Below the pieces are notes generated by a model. The model worked only from the letters and a program-made list of their open reading frames with translations. It searched no databases and was not told the DNA's origin. Of a DNA stretch of 64,000 bases, positions 26,857 to 35,390 are shown piece after piece; position 1 is the stretch's first letter, and each line of letters starts with the position of its first letter. The translations under genes were made by a program, and so were the position numbers. The stretch covers positions 9,658 through 73,657 of the forward strand of contig JAEUWI010000022.1 in assembly GCA_016791475.1 (NCBI GenBank), given 5' to 3'. The DNA comes from Candidatus Hydrogenedentota bacterium. Lineage in GTDB: Bacteria > Hydrogenedentota > Hydrogenedentia > Hydrogenedentales > JAEUWI01.

Positions 26857-28692
26857 CTACTCGACGATGAAGCCCTCTTTTTCGAGGGCGCGGGCCATTT
26901 CATCTCGGGAGAGCTCCGCGAATCGCACGACCTGGCGCGCATCGATGGGGGTGATGTACTTCTGAAATTTTCGACGGTGCATGAGGTCGGCCATGACCAG
27001 CGGATCATCGGACTCGATTATCTCGACGGTGCGCAGGCGCACCTTCTTCATTGCGCCTCGCCAGTCCTCGAGGGTGGTCATGACATTGGCCGGGAGGCTT
27101 CCTCCGCGATTGTGGGCGAGAAGGAAATCCACAAATGCCGCCGCGTCGTGCCCATCCTGAACGGCCTGGGTGAAGGATTCCCGGCTGACATTGTAGACGG
27201 TGGCCTGTCCGGTGCTGGCGCGCTCGGAGAATTGGTCGAGGGGTACGGTGAGCAGCGGGTCCATTTCTTCGGAGGGCACCACGATATCGAAATTGGGCTG
27301 AACAACAAATTCGCCTTTGCGCCTGGGATAGCGGGCGACCAGCGCGGGCGGAATCTCGCGCCGGAGGATTGCCTCGCCGATCTCGGACACGCGAAAGTAC
27401 TCTTCTCCGTCGCGCAGGCCTTTTTCCACCATCCCGAGCCAGAAGAAGGTCTCTTCGAGCGCCCGGGTAAGGCGTCCCTGGGCCTGGTCGGTCACGTTGG
27501 GATTGACATACCGCCACTGACCGTTTTTCTGTCGAAGGACGAGCTGCTCTTCTTCTTCGTTCCACTGCATGACCGCACGAACAAAATCGCGGAGCGGATA
27601 CCAGGCACCGGGCTTCATCTCGTCGAGATAGTCGCGCATCAAGACCCGGGCCGTCACGTCGTCGCCCTGATCGAGCACCCAGGTGCAGAGCAACTGGTGG
27701 CGGCCGACGCGATCGAGGTTGATGAGGTTCTCAAAGTTTCCGGGGCGGAGCACATTGTCGGCCCGACCAAGCCATGCGGCGCCCTCGGCAACCCAGAGGC
27801 AGGTATTGAGGGAAGGCTCGCCGTCTTCCGAGCAGATCGCGGCGAGACGCCGGCGATCTTCGCGAAACAACTCACCATCGCCCCGCAGCCGAACCGGTCG
27901 GGCCGCGATGGCCGCCACGAGCCTGCAAATAACGTCGGAGAATTGGAGTTCCCGGGCTTCGACGAGGTCGGGTTTGCCCTTGAGGGCCTTCAAGCGCGCC
28001 CGGTTCTGGCCATTGTCGCTTGCTACTTTGCGGTGGGCGCGCACTTCATTCAGGAGCCCCACGACGCGGACGAGGCGTTCTTCCGCGTCGAATCGAAACA
28101 TTTCAAAGAGGGCGAAACCCTGAAACAATTCGACGAGGGCCTGCTCCATCTCGTACTCGGTGCCGCCGTGACTGGCCTGCAACTGGGAGACCGGCATGAC
28201 GCCGTCTTTGGATTGCCATACGATATCGAAGATCTCGCGGGCGGATTCGGAAAAGTCCCGTGTGGCCACATAGGTGAGCACGGCCTCCGGGGTTTCGTAG
28301 TATCGCTGGATGATTTCCTCGGCGGCCATGCGCTTGGTACAGGGCTCTTCAAGGCCGATCTGCTCTTCCAGACGTCGAAATTCGTGGGGCGAAAAGCTTT
28401 TGATGCGCTCGATGAGCGAAGGGATATCGCCACGGCACTCCAAACCTTCACTGATACGACGAATGGCGTTGTGCCCCTCCGCCACAATCTTCACCTTGGT
28501 CAGATCGGTGAAAAACAGGCGATCATGGACATCGAGTAGATACTCGACCTCTTCCGGCGGCAGTTCGAGCTTTTTTGCAAGGAACCGCACGGTAAGTCCA
28601 GAGCGGCTGTTCCCCGCCAGTTCCGTCGCAATGCGATAGGCCGGTCGGCTCATCCCCTCCAACGAAGCCATCAGGCTCGCGCCGTGTCGCAT
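26857..28692 (-). CDS. hypothetical protein with XPB-N-terminal/Helicase_C_3-like C-terminal domain (no helicase core)
   Basis: ORF 26857..28734 trimmed to ATG 28692, downstream of the predicted promoter. The C-terminal segment ATVYNVSRESFTQAVQDGHDAAAFVDFLLAHNRGGSLPANVMTTLEDW resembles helicase-associated domains. No Walker motifs were seen. Confidence 0.5.
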   Translation of the reverse strand: MRHGASLMASLEGMSRPAYRIATELAGNSRSGLTVRFLAKKLELPPEEVEYLLDVHDRLFFTDLTKVKIVAEGHNAIRRISEGLECRGDIPSLIERIKSFSPHEFRRLEEQIGLEEPCTKRMAAEEIIQRYYETPEAVLTYVATRDFSESAREIFDIVWQSKDGVMPVSQLQASHGGTEYEMEQALVELFQGFALFEMFRFDAEERLVRVVGLLNEVRAHRKVASDNGQNRARLKALKGKPDLVEARELQFSDVICRLVAAIAARPVRLRGDGELFREDRRRLAAICSEDGEPSLNTCLWVAEGAAWLGRADNVLRPGNFENLINLDRVGRHQLLCTWVLDQGDDVTARVLMRDYLDEMKPGAWYPLRDFVRAVMQWNEEEEQLVLRQKNGQWRYVNPNVTDQAQGRLTRALEETFFWLGMVEKGLRDGEEYFRVSEIGEAILRREIPPALVARYPRRKGEFVVQPNFDIVVPSEEMDPLLTVPLDQFSERASTGQATVYNVSRESFTQAVQDGHDAAAFVDFLLAHNRGGSLPANVMTTLEDWRGAMKKVRLRTVEIIESDDPLVMADLMHRRKFQKYITPIDARQVVRFAELSRDEMARALEKEGFIVE

Positions 28693-28742
28693 ACGATCCG
28701 CTTCTCCTTCATCCCACTGCGAAACCCCCGCCAAAGATTGCC

Positions 28743-28771
28743 ATTATAGCCCATGGATACCGGACTGACAA
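28743..28771 (-). promoter_or_regulatory. sigma70-type promoter TTGTCA-17-TATAAT
   Basis: The minus strand has TTGTCA (28771-28766), a 17-nt spacer, then a consensus TATAAT (28748-28743). It lies about 50 nt upstream of ATG 28692. Confidence 0.55.
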
Positions 28772-28877
28772 GGCCCGCACGCAAATTTTTGACGGAACCG
28801 GGACACGCCGCTGTGCGGGGGCGTGTACGCCCGTCGGGTGTTTTGCTATACTGCGCGCACACCCGGCAGACTGGTCC

Positions 28878-29801
28878 ATGAACTACTCCACACGCATCAA
28901 GATAGCGGCGGTCTTCTCCTTGCTGATCCATGCAGCGGGGGTTGGACTGCTGCGTCAAACCTACACTCCCCGAGAGTATATCCCCGCCGCCGCGCCAGAA
29001 CCAATCGTCCTGGATCTGCAACCCGAGGCGCAGCCGTCTCCCCCGCCACAGCAGTTTGTCGATGTGGCGACGCCGGCGGAAGCGCCGCCCCAGGTCACGG
29101 AACATATCGCCGTGGAAAACGCCGAAGCGATGGATCTGGCCCTGCGGGAAGCCGAGCGACCCGCGCCCGCGCTGGAGGAAGACGAATTCGACGCGCTGCC
29201 CCAGCCGGTTGCGCCGCCCGCGCCGCCGGAGCCGGATACGACATCGCCCGCCCAGGAGTCGAAGGAGGAGACAGAGAAGAAGGAAGAGACCAGGACGAAG
29301 GAGCCGGTACGCGAGGTCGAAACGCCCGCGAAAGAGGAACTTCCCGAAGCCGAGGAGACGCCGCCCGCTCCGAAAGCGCCGGAGGGCCCCATCAAGATCG
29401 CGCAGGCACAGCCGATGCCGGCCCAGCGCCCGGAAAAGGGCAAGACCCGCGAGCGTGGCGGCGTCAGCAAACAGGGCCAGACGAATTTTGACGCGATCCA
29501 GAGCGAGATCGCGCCGTATTTGAAGCATGTGCGGGAACGGGTCGAGCAACAGTGGAACCAGATGCTCTATACCCGCTATTCGGGCACATCGCCGGTGAAA
29601 GCCGTCATCGATTGCGCCATCAACGCGGAAGGCGAGTTGGTATCGGTCAATGTGGTGGGCACGGACAATGACAAACTTTACAGCGCGTTGTGTCGGGACG
29701 CGGTGCAGCGCGCGGGCCCCTTCGGGCCGTTCCCTTTTGAAGTGCCCGACATTTACCGGGGCAAGAATCTTGAGATTCGATGGACCTTCAGCTTCCTGTA
29801 G
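28878..29801 (+). CDS. TonB/TolA-like protein (N-terminal anchor, Pro/Glu/Lys-rich linker, C-terminal TonB-like domain)
   Basis: TM IKIAAVFSLLIHAAGVGLL. A Pro-rich spacer (PEPIVLDLQPEAQPSPPPQQ ... PVAPPAPPEPD). A C-terminal globular domain. An extended -10 (TGcTATACT, 28844-28852) lies upstream. Confidence 0.55.
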   Translation: MNYSTRIKIAAVFSLLIHAAGVGLLRQTYTPREYIPAAAPEPIVLDLQPEAQPSPPPQQFVDVATPAEAPPQVTEHIAVENAEAMDLALREAERPAPALEEDEFDALPQPVAPPAPPEPDTTSPAQESKEETEKKEETRTKEPVREVETPAKEELPEAEETPPAPKAPEGPIKIAQAQPMPAQRPEKGKTRERGGVSKQGQTNFDAIQSEIAPYLKHVRERVEQQWNQMLYTRYSGTSPVKAVIDCAINAEGELVSVNVVGTDNDKLYSALCRDAVQRAGPFGPFPFEVPDIYRGKNLEIRWTFSFL

Positions 29802-29873
29802 CCGTCGAAATCCATAGTGAAAGAAACCCGCCGGCGGAATACCGGCTTGCCGATGACAACACAAGGATTGAGC

Positions 29874-30497
29874 ATGTCTGACTTTCTCGAAATGATCCGC
29901 CAGGGCGGTTGGCCGATGATCCCGCTGGGCCTGGGCTCGCTGGCGGCCCTGACGGTGGTCCTCGAACGCGCCTTTGCGCTGCGCCGCGACAAGGTCATCT
30001 CGCCGGAGATCGTCCGGATTCTCCATGAGTTTGGCAACCCGGACGGGAGTTCGCCCTCCCACTCGCTTGCGGTGTGCCAGCGTACGCCGGGCGCCTTTGC
30101 GCGTATCGCGGAGGAGTTGATCCAGTTGCGCCACTTGAGCCACGCCCAGTTGCTGGAGACAATGCACGCCGTGGGACGCACCCACGTGGCGCGCCTCGAA
30201 CGGGGCTTGACCATGCTGGAAATCATCGCGAATGTGAGCCCCCTGATCGGTCTCCTGGGTACGGTGCTCGGGATGGTGACGGTATTCGACGCCGTAACGG
30301 CTCAGGGCCTGGGCAATCCCCAGATTCTGGCGGCGGGCATATCTCAGGCGCTGGTCACCACCATCGCGGGTCTGTGCGTGGCGATTCCCGCACTGGCCTT
30401 TCACGGGTTCTACAGCAAGCGCGTGGACGAGCTTGCGATCGAGATGCAGGAGCGCGCTACGGCCTTCCTGGCCAAGCTCCATACGCCCGACGCGTGA
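29874..30497 (+). CDS. MotA/TolQ/ExbB proton-channel family protein
   Basis: ORF 29817..30497 trimmed to ATG 29874 (AAGGA 7 nt upstream). Pattern GGWPMIPLGLGSLAALTVVLER ... LIGLLGTVLGMV ... GISQALVTTIAGLCVAIPA. Confidence 0.85.
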   Translation: MSDFLEMIRQGGWPMIPLGLGSLAALTVVLERAFALRRDKVISPEIVRILHEFGNPDGSSPSHSLAVCQRTPGAFARIAEELIQLRHLSHAQLLETMHAVGRTHVARLERGLTMLEIIANVSPLIGLLGTVLGMVTVFDAVTAQGLGNPQILAAGISQALVTTIAGLCVAIPALAFHGFYSKRVDELAIEMQERATAFLAKLHTPDA

Positions 30498-30506
30498 CCC
30501 GCGGGC

Positions 30507-32804
30507 TCAGCTCCGTGCGACGGGATCGAGCAGATCGCGCATGACCGCCTGGATATTGAAGAGCTCGAAGGGCTTTGGAAGAAACGCCGCAACACGACCG
30601 GGCTCGAACTCGTGCTCGATGGATTGGCGCATGTAGCCGCTGGCGATGATGATGGGCACTTCGGGAAAGCGGCGTTTGAATTCCGCGCAGGTGGCGTCAC
30701 CGCTCATCCCGGGCATGGAGTGATCGAGGATAATGCATTGAAGGCGGTCGCCGTGCTGGTCGGCGCGCGTGAGGGCCTCCTCCCCATCGTCCGCCGTGAC
30801 GACATCGAGGCCGACGTGCTTCAGCATCATGGCGCCAACGGAGCGCACGGTCTCCTCGTCGTCGGCCAGGAGCACGGTGCCTTGGCCGTGCCAGTCGCCA
30901 AGCACTTCCCCCTGCGCGAAATGGCTCTTGGCCGACGTGGCCTGAACGGGAAAATAGAGGCTGACGCGCGTTCCCCGGCCGGGCGCGGTGTCCAGCCGAA
31001 GCGCGCCCTTGTGACTGCGGACGATGCCGAGTACGGCGGGGAGCCCCAGCCCCCGACCGGCGAATCGGGTGGTGTAGAACGGATCGAAAATCTTTTCCAC
31101 GATCTCCGCCTCCATGCCGCACCCGGTATCGCTGACCTCAAGCACGACGTAGTCGCCCGCCGGCAGGGGTTCGGGCAGATAGGTGCCCTGCAGGAACTCC
31201 TCGCTGCAATGCTCCATTCCGGTGCGGACTCGCACGGCGCCCTGCGCTTCGTCGAGCGATTCGGAGGCATTGGTGACCAGATTCACAAGGATCTGGCGGA
31301 ACTGGGCCATGTCGCCCTCGAGCTCGGGCAGGTTGGGGGTGAGTTCGCACTCGAAGCTTGCCGTGCGCGTGACCGAAGCCCGCAGGAGGGGCATCATTTC
31401 CGACACGAGTTCATTCAGTCTGAAAGGTTCGGAGAAAAATTTCCCACGCCCGGAGTACGCCAGCATCTGGCGGCACAACTCGGCCGCGCGGCGGGCCGAC
31501 TGGGTGATGCCCTCCATGTAGCGATGGAGCTCGCCGCCCTCGGGAAGCCCGAGCTGGGCCAACTCGGCATTGCCCATGATGCCGGTCAGAATATTGTTGA
31601 AATCGTGGGCGATTCCGCCGGCCATGACGCCCAGGCTCTCCATTTTCTGGGCCTGCTGCACTTGCGCCTCCAGAATGGCGCGCTGTTGCATGACACAGCG
31701 CCGGTCCCAGGCCGAAAGAAGGATTTCACCGATCATGCGGAGGAGCGGTATCGTCTCTTCGGGCCATTCCGCAGCCCTGTCTTCGCTGTCGAGGCCGATA
31801 TAGCCGCGTAGCCGACTGCTGGAAAGTATGGGCACCCGGACCAGCGATAAAATCTTGTTTTGTTCCACCCACCGCCTTTCGAACTCCGCCTCCGGCGGCA
31901 ACCCACCCGCGGAGGGAATGACGATACACTCGCCGCGGTCCAGCGCGTCCAGGGACCACTTGAAATCATCTTCGGTGACGCCCTGAAGGGCTCCGGCCAG
32001 CGACCGAACCCCGTCGCGGCACCATTCGAATCGCTCATTTTTTCCGGCCAGGGAGACGCGGGAGACGACAAAGTAGACGCGATCAACCCTGGTAAAGGAG
32101 CCGACCAGTTCCAGGGAGTGCCGAATCTCTCCATCGACCTCGTCCTGACCCAGATTGATAAAGCGGGTCGAGATGCCGGTGGCGAGATTCTCGAAGGCCA
32201 CGCGCCTCGCGAGGACTTCGGCGGTGCGGTTGCTCAGGGCAAGGGCTTCTTCCTTTTCCCGCCCTTCGAGAATCAGTTGGAGGCGCATGCGGGTTGCGTG
32301 GAGGATGGATAGATAAAAACCGCACAGCATGAGTACGAAGCCGGGATAGAGGAGCATATCGTCGAGGTGGGCGAAGTAGCTCCAACCCTCGGGCCCCACG
32401 ACGGGTACGTGACGCAGCGATGGGAGAACTTCGAGAAAGCCGACGAGTTGGGAGAGGCCTATCATCAAGGCGCCGGACACGACAAGATGGGAGATTCCGG
32501 GGATGTAGTGGCGCACGAAAATGCCGTAAACCACCATGCCACACAGGATGACCGACCCGGCGAGGAACACGCCGCGAAACATGACATCGGTGTGGCGACC
32601 GGTCGACTCGCACCAGTAACTGACGATGAACACCACCACGGTCAGCAGGGTTGCGACCACCTCGGGAAAGCCCGTGCCCTCACGAAGGCTTCGCAACACA
32701 GGCTTCACGCTTGAGGGAATCAAAAACCGTATCTCCCGATCATCAAAGACGTCACTACACAGGACTTGGAATTTGCAGCGCCACGCCCAATCGGAGGACT
32801 GCAA
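30507..32804 (-). CDS. hybrid sensor histidine kinase/response regulator (4 TM - GAF-like - HisKA - HATPase_c - REC)
   Basis: H-box GGIAHDFNNILTGI. N/G boxes LVNLVTNASES, DTGCGM, GRGLGL. REC has VLLADDEE and IILDHSMPGMSG. The only start upstream of TM1 is TTG 32804 (GGAG 9 nt upstream). Confidence 0.85.
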   Translation of the reverse strand: MQSSDWAWRCKFQVLCSDVFDDREIRFLIPSSVKPVLRSLREGTGFPEVVATLLTVVVFIVSYWCESTGRHTDVMFRGVFLAGSVILCGMVVYGIFVRHYIPGISHLVVSGALMIGLSQLVGFLEVLPSLRHVPVVGPEGWSYFAHLDDMLLYPGFVLMLCGFYLSILHATRMRLQLILEGREKEEALALSNRTAEVLARRVAFENLATGISTRFINLGQDEVDGEIRHSLELVGSFTRVDRVYFVVSRVSLAGKNERFEWCRDGVRSLAGALQGVTEDDFKWSLDALDRGECIVIPSAGGLPPEAEFERRWVEQNKILSLVRVPILSSSRLRGYIGLDSEDRAAEWPEETIPLLRMIGEILLSAWDRRCVMQQRAILEAQVQQAQKMESLGVMAGGIAHDFNNILTGIMGNAELAQLGLPEGGELHRYMEGITQSARRAAELCRQMLAYSGRGKFFSEPFRLNELVSEMMPLLRASVTRTASFECELTPNLPELEGDMAQFRQILVNLVTNASESLDEAQGAVRVRTGMEHCSEEFLQGTYLPEPLPAGDYVVLEVSDTGCGMEAEIVEKIFDPFYTTRFAGRGLGLPAVLGIVRSHKGALRLDTAPGRGTRVSLYFPVQATSAKSHFAQGEVLGDWHGQGTVLLADDEETVRSVGAMMLKHVGLDVVTADDGEEALTRADQHGDRLQCIILDHSMPGMSGDATCAEFKRRFPEVPIIIASGYMRQSIEHEFEPGRVAAFLPKPFELFNIQAVMRDLLDPVARS

Positions 32805-32926
32805 GAGACACGCTCCACCGGTTCAATGCCGCCAACACGCAAAACCAATTCCTTCCCGGATCCTATCATATTTCCAGAGGATTCGCACGCCGTTTTCGAC
32901 GCGAGGGCGAGACCTGGGTTGCCGGG

Positions 32927-33967
32927 TCAACCCACGGGGCGTTCGCAAAAGTGAAGGCCGCCGTTCCGGATGCGGTAGCCGTAGCGGGGCAGGGGCCACT
33001 GGCGAACAAGCAGATCCAGGGCGGTCTCCGTGGGAATGCCATGAAATGACGTGATATTGACGGGAAGCCGGCCCATGGCGTCGTCGGCCGTCACGGGGAT
33101 ACCGAGCGCGCGGGCGAGATCGGGCAATACCCGAGCCAGGGTGGTCGGTTCCGCCTGAAAGGTGAAGGCCGCCCCGGTATCGGGCAAGCGCAGCGTCAGG
33201 GGAGTCTGGAGGATAGCCAGTTGATCGGCGCTAAGCTCCTCGCGATTGAGGCAGCTCGGGGGCCTGCTTTGATTGGCAGTGGAACGAAGGAAGAGATAGT
33301 CTTGATTGCTCTCGATTTCGATCATGTCCGGGGCAATCCGGGAGGATTTCAGGAGGGCCTCGATGATCGCGTAAACCGGGGCGTCCTCCAGGAAGACTTC
33401 GCCGCACCAGGCATCGGCCACGCTATTGTCGGCGACGATGGTTAACTTGAGGCTCTCACCAAGCAGGGCCAGGGCATTGAAGAGATCCGTTCCCGACCCG
33501 ATAGCGAAGGAGGCGCGCGTTGTTACGAACCGTGGATCGACGCGTCCCTCCAGCGAGAGGTCGGCGAGCGCCTCATAGCCCCGAGGGTAGAAAAACACGT
33601 AATAAGGTGTGACCTGGAGCTTGCAGTCGTAGGGTTTTGCCAGCCGTTCAAGTCCGGGAACAAACCCGGTGTGCGCCAGGCCCGATGGAGGCGCGGGACG
33701 CTCTTCGAGTCCGGCCGTGAGGGCCGCGCCGCCGCCAAAGGTCTCTCCGATGTGCCTGAAGGCCTCCCCCAGGGTCACCTGAGCGCCGGCATCCAGATAA
33801 ATCTGCGGAAAACCCGTTCGGGCGGGGCCATGGTCTGCCGCCGGGGTGAGGTCGTCCGCTCTGGCCGGCTTCTTGTTTTCCGTATGCCCGGTGGATGCGC
33901 AACCGACGAGCGCCGCGAACGTAGCGGCCATGGCAAGGGGAAAAACCAATCGAACTTTTCGAGTCAT
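32927..33967 (-). CDS. lipoprotein with secretin-N/STN-like repeats (by eye), no secretin core
   Basis: ATG 33967. Lipobox ALVGC. Two segments resemble secretin-N/STN modules: FNALALLGESLKLTIVADNSV..VFLEDAPVYAIIEALL and LARVLPDLARALGIPVTADDA..FHGIPTETALDLLV. Confidence 0.45.
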   Translation of the reverse strand: MTRKVRLVFPLAMAATFAALVGCASTGHTENKKPARADDLTPAADHGPARTGFPQIYLDAGAQVTLGEAFRHIGETFGGGAALTAGLEERPAPPSGLAHTGFVPGLERLAKPYDCKLQVTPYYVFFYPRGYEALADLSLEGRVDPRFVTTRASFAIGSGTDLFNALALLGESLKLTIVADNSVADAWCGEVFLEDAPVYAIIEALLKSSRIAPDMIEIESNQDYLFLRSTANQSRPPSCLNREELSADQLAILQTPLTLRLPDTGAAFTFQAEPTTLARVLPDLARALGIPVTADDAMGRLPVNITSFHGIPTETALDLLVRQWPLPRYGYRIRNGGLHFCERPVG

Positions 33968-34053
33968 AACTACCAATTCTCCTTGGGCTTACCAAGGCCG
34001 GTTTACCCGGCGTTTGTTCACGGCTTCATTGTGTGCGGGAAGCGCTACGGTAA

Positions 34054-34752
34054 TCAATGTGCGTGGTTACGTCCTGGTTCCATCGCCGTTCCCGAAGCCT
34101 GGTGGCAGAATTGATCATTGGGTCCCCGAAAGCAGCGCGGACACAGCAAGGTACCATCGGCCGTACGATTCCGGGTTGCGTCTCTGCAACAGGGGACACA
34201 GCAAATCGCCCCACAGAATTTGCAGACCAGACCGAGTGCCGACGTGTCTCCCGGCGCCGCTTCCACGTCGCCGTCGAAGGCGCCTTTTCGCCAGGGCGGT
34301 GTGAGAATGATGCGCCGACATTCCTTGCAATTGGCTTGAAAATGTTGTCCCTGATATAGATTGACGCCGACAAAGGTCATGGTCTGGCGATGGACGCTGT
34401 AGCAGTGCGAGGCATCGCAGGCGGGGCAGGGAAACTCGACGAGGCGCTGTCCGACGACGCCTGGCCGCTCTCGAACGACGAGGGCTTTCTCCGCGGAGCT
34501 CAGGAGGGCCAGCGCGCTGGCGGGCACCTCGGCGGACTCGCCGCAACAGGCGCAGACCATGGCAAAGGATCCATCCCGGTTCAGCGAGATTTCACCGCTT
34601 CGCGCGGGTTCCCGGAGGGCAAGCCAGCCCAGCCGCAAAACAATGCCGGTCAGCACGATCATGGACGTGGCCAGGATGGCTATCTCAAAATGGGGCATTC
34701 GGGGGATACCTCGATGGTGATGCGGGCGTGACGGCGACATACCGGAGGCCAT
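34054..34752 (-). CDS. membrane-anchored cysteine-rich protein (three zinc-ribbon-like CxxC pairs)
   Basis: ATG 34752 has AGGAGG 5 nt upstream; ATG 34698 (GAGGT 9 nt upstream) is an alternative. One TM (FEIAILATSMIVLTGIVL). Cys motifs follow: CACC..CPAC, CKEC..CKFC, CCVPCC..CPRC. Confidence 0.5.
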   Translation of the reverse strand: MASGMSPSRPHHHRGIPRMPHFEIAILATSMIVLTGIVLRLGWLALREPARSGEISLNRDGSFAMVCACCGESAEVPASALALLSSAEKALVVRERPGVVGQRLVEFPCPACDASHCYSVHRQTMTFVGVNLYQGQHFQANCKECRRIILTPPWRKGAFDGDVEAAPGDTSALGLVCKFCGAICCVPCCRDATRNRTADGTLLCPRCFRGPNDQFCHQASGTAMEPGRNHAH

Positions 34753-34780
34753 GGGTGCCTCCTTGCCTGGGAAGGCCCAA

Positions 34781-35371
34781 ATGCCTATACTTAGGGGTAT
34801 GAACACTTCACTCATCCTATTATGGCTGGTTTCACTGGCGCAGATCACTTCGGGCACGGCCATCCCCGACGGCACGCAGATTTTCACCGTTACGTTGAAG
34901 GACGGTCAGTCGGAGCGGGTGGTAAGCGCGGCGGTGAAGGTGGACGACAAGTTCGTGTCTGAGTTTGATATGGCGAAGCGGCCCTCCCAGGTGGAACTTT
35001 ACCCCGACACGCCCTGGACTCCAACAGCTTCGGAGCGCGTGCTGTCTCAGAGGATTAAGGAAATTGAGCCCGAGTCGTCCATCAAACGAAGCCAGCGCTA
35101 TAAGGATTCGGGATACGAGCAGGTCAAAACACCCGAGGGCGGCATGGTCTGGGTGTCCAGCGAAACGGTGAAGCGGGACGCGCGGGCGCGAGAACTCCAG
35201 GCCGCCTACCAGTCGGATTTGGAATCGCGTGTGGCCGCGCACGCGACCCAGGTCGACGCCCAGTCCGGCAGCCCGAACCGCCCCGGATTCGTCCGGCTAT
35301 GGGGCCGTCACATCGTTGTTCTGGTGAGTGCGCTGGTGGTGGTCGTCGTCGCGGTGAAAACGTGCTTCTGA
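34781..35371 (+). CDS. hypothetical protein with signal peptide and C-terminal TM anchor
   Basis: ORF 34751..35371. ATG 34781 (GGGAAGG 5 nt upstream) gives MPILRGMNTSLILLWLVSLAQITSG. C-terminal IVVLVSALVVVVVAV. The start is uncertain (34751 and 34799 are alternatives). Confidence 0.45.
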   Translation: MPILRGMNTSLILLWLVSLAQITSGTAIPDGTQIFTVTLKDGQSERVVSAAVKVDDKFVSEFDMAKRPSQVELYPDTPWTPTASERVLSQRIKEIEPESSIKRSQRYKDSGYEQVKTPEGGMVWVSSETVKRDARARELQAAYQSDLESRVAAHATQVDAQSGSPNRPGFVRLWGRHIVVLVSALVVVVVAVKTCF

Positions 35372-35390
35372 TCGGCGCGTCGCTCCGGCG

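Noticed and set aside
25870-28539. 889-aa plus-strand ORF spanning the PilZ and XPB-N-like genes.
   Set aside because: It crosses an intergenic gap of two well-formed minus-strand genes. It has low-complexity composition, no RBS and no motif. I treat it as a shadow ORF.
28671-30482. 603-aa minus-strand ORF covering the TonB-like and ExbB genes, together with the overlapping plus-strand ORFs 28823..29491 and 28930..29523.
   Set aside because: ExbB motifs and the TonB-like architecture lie in the frames I called. The alternatives are Arg/Pro-rich shadow frames.
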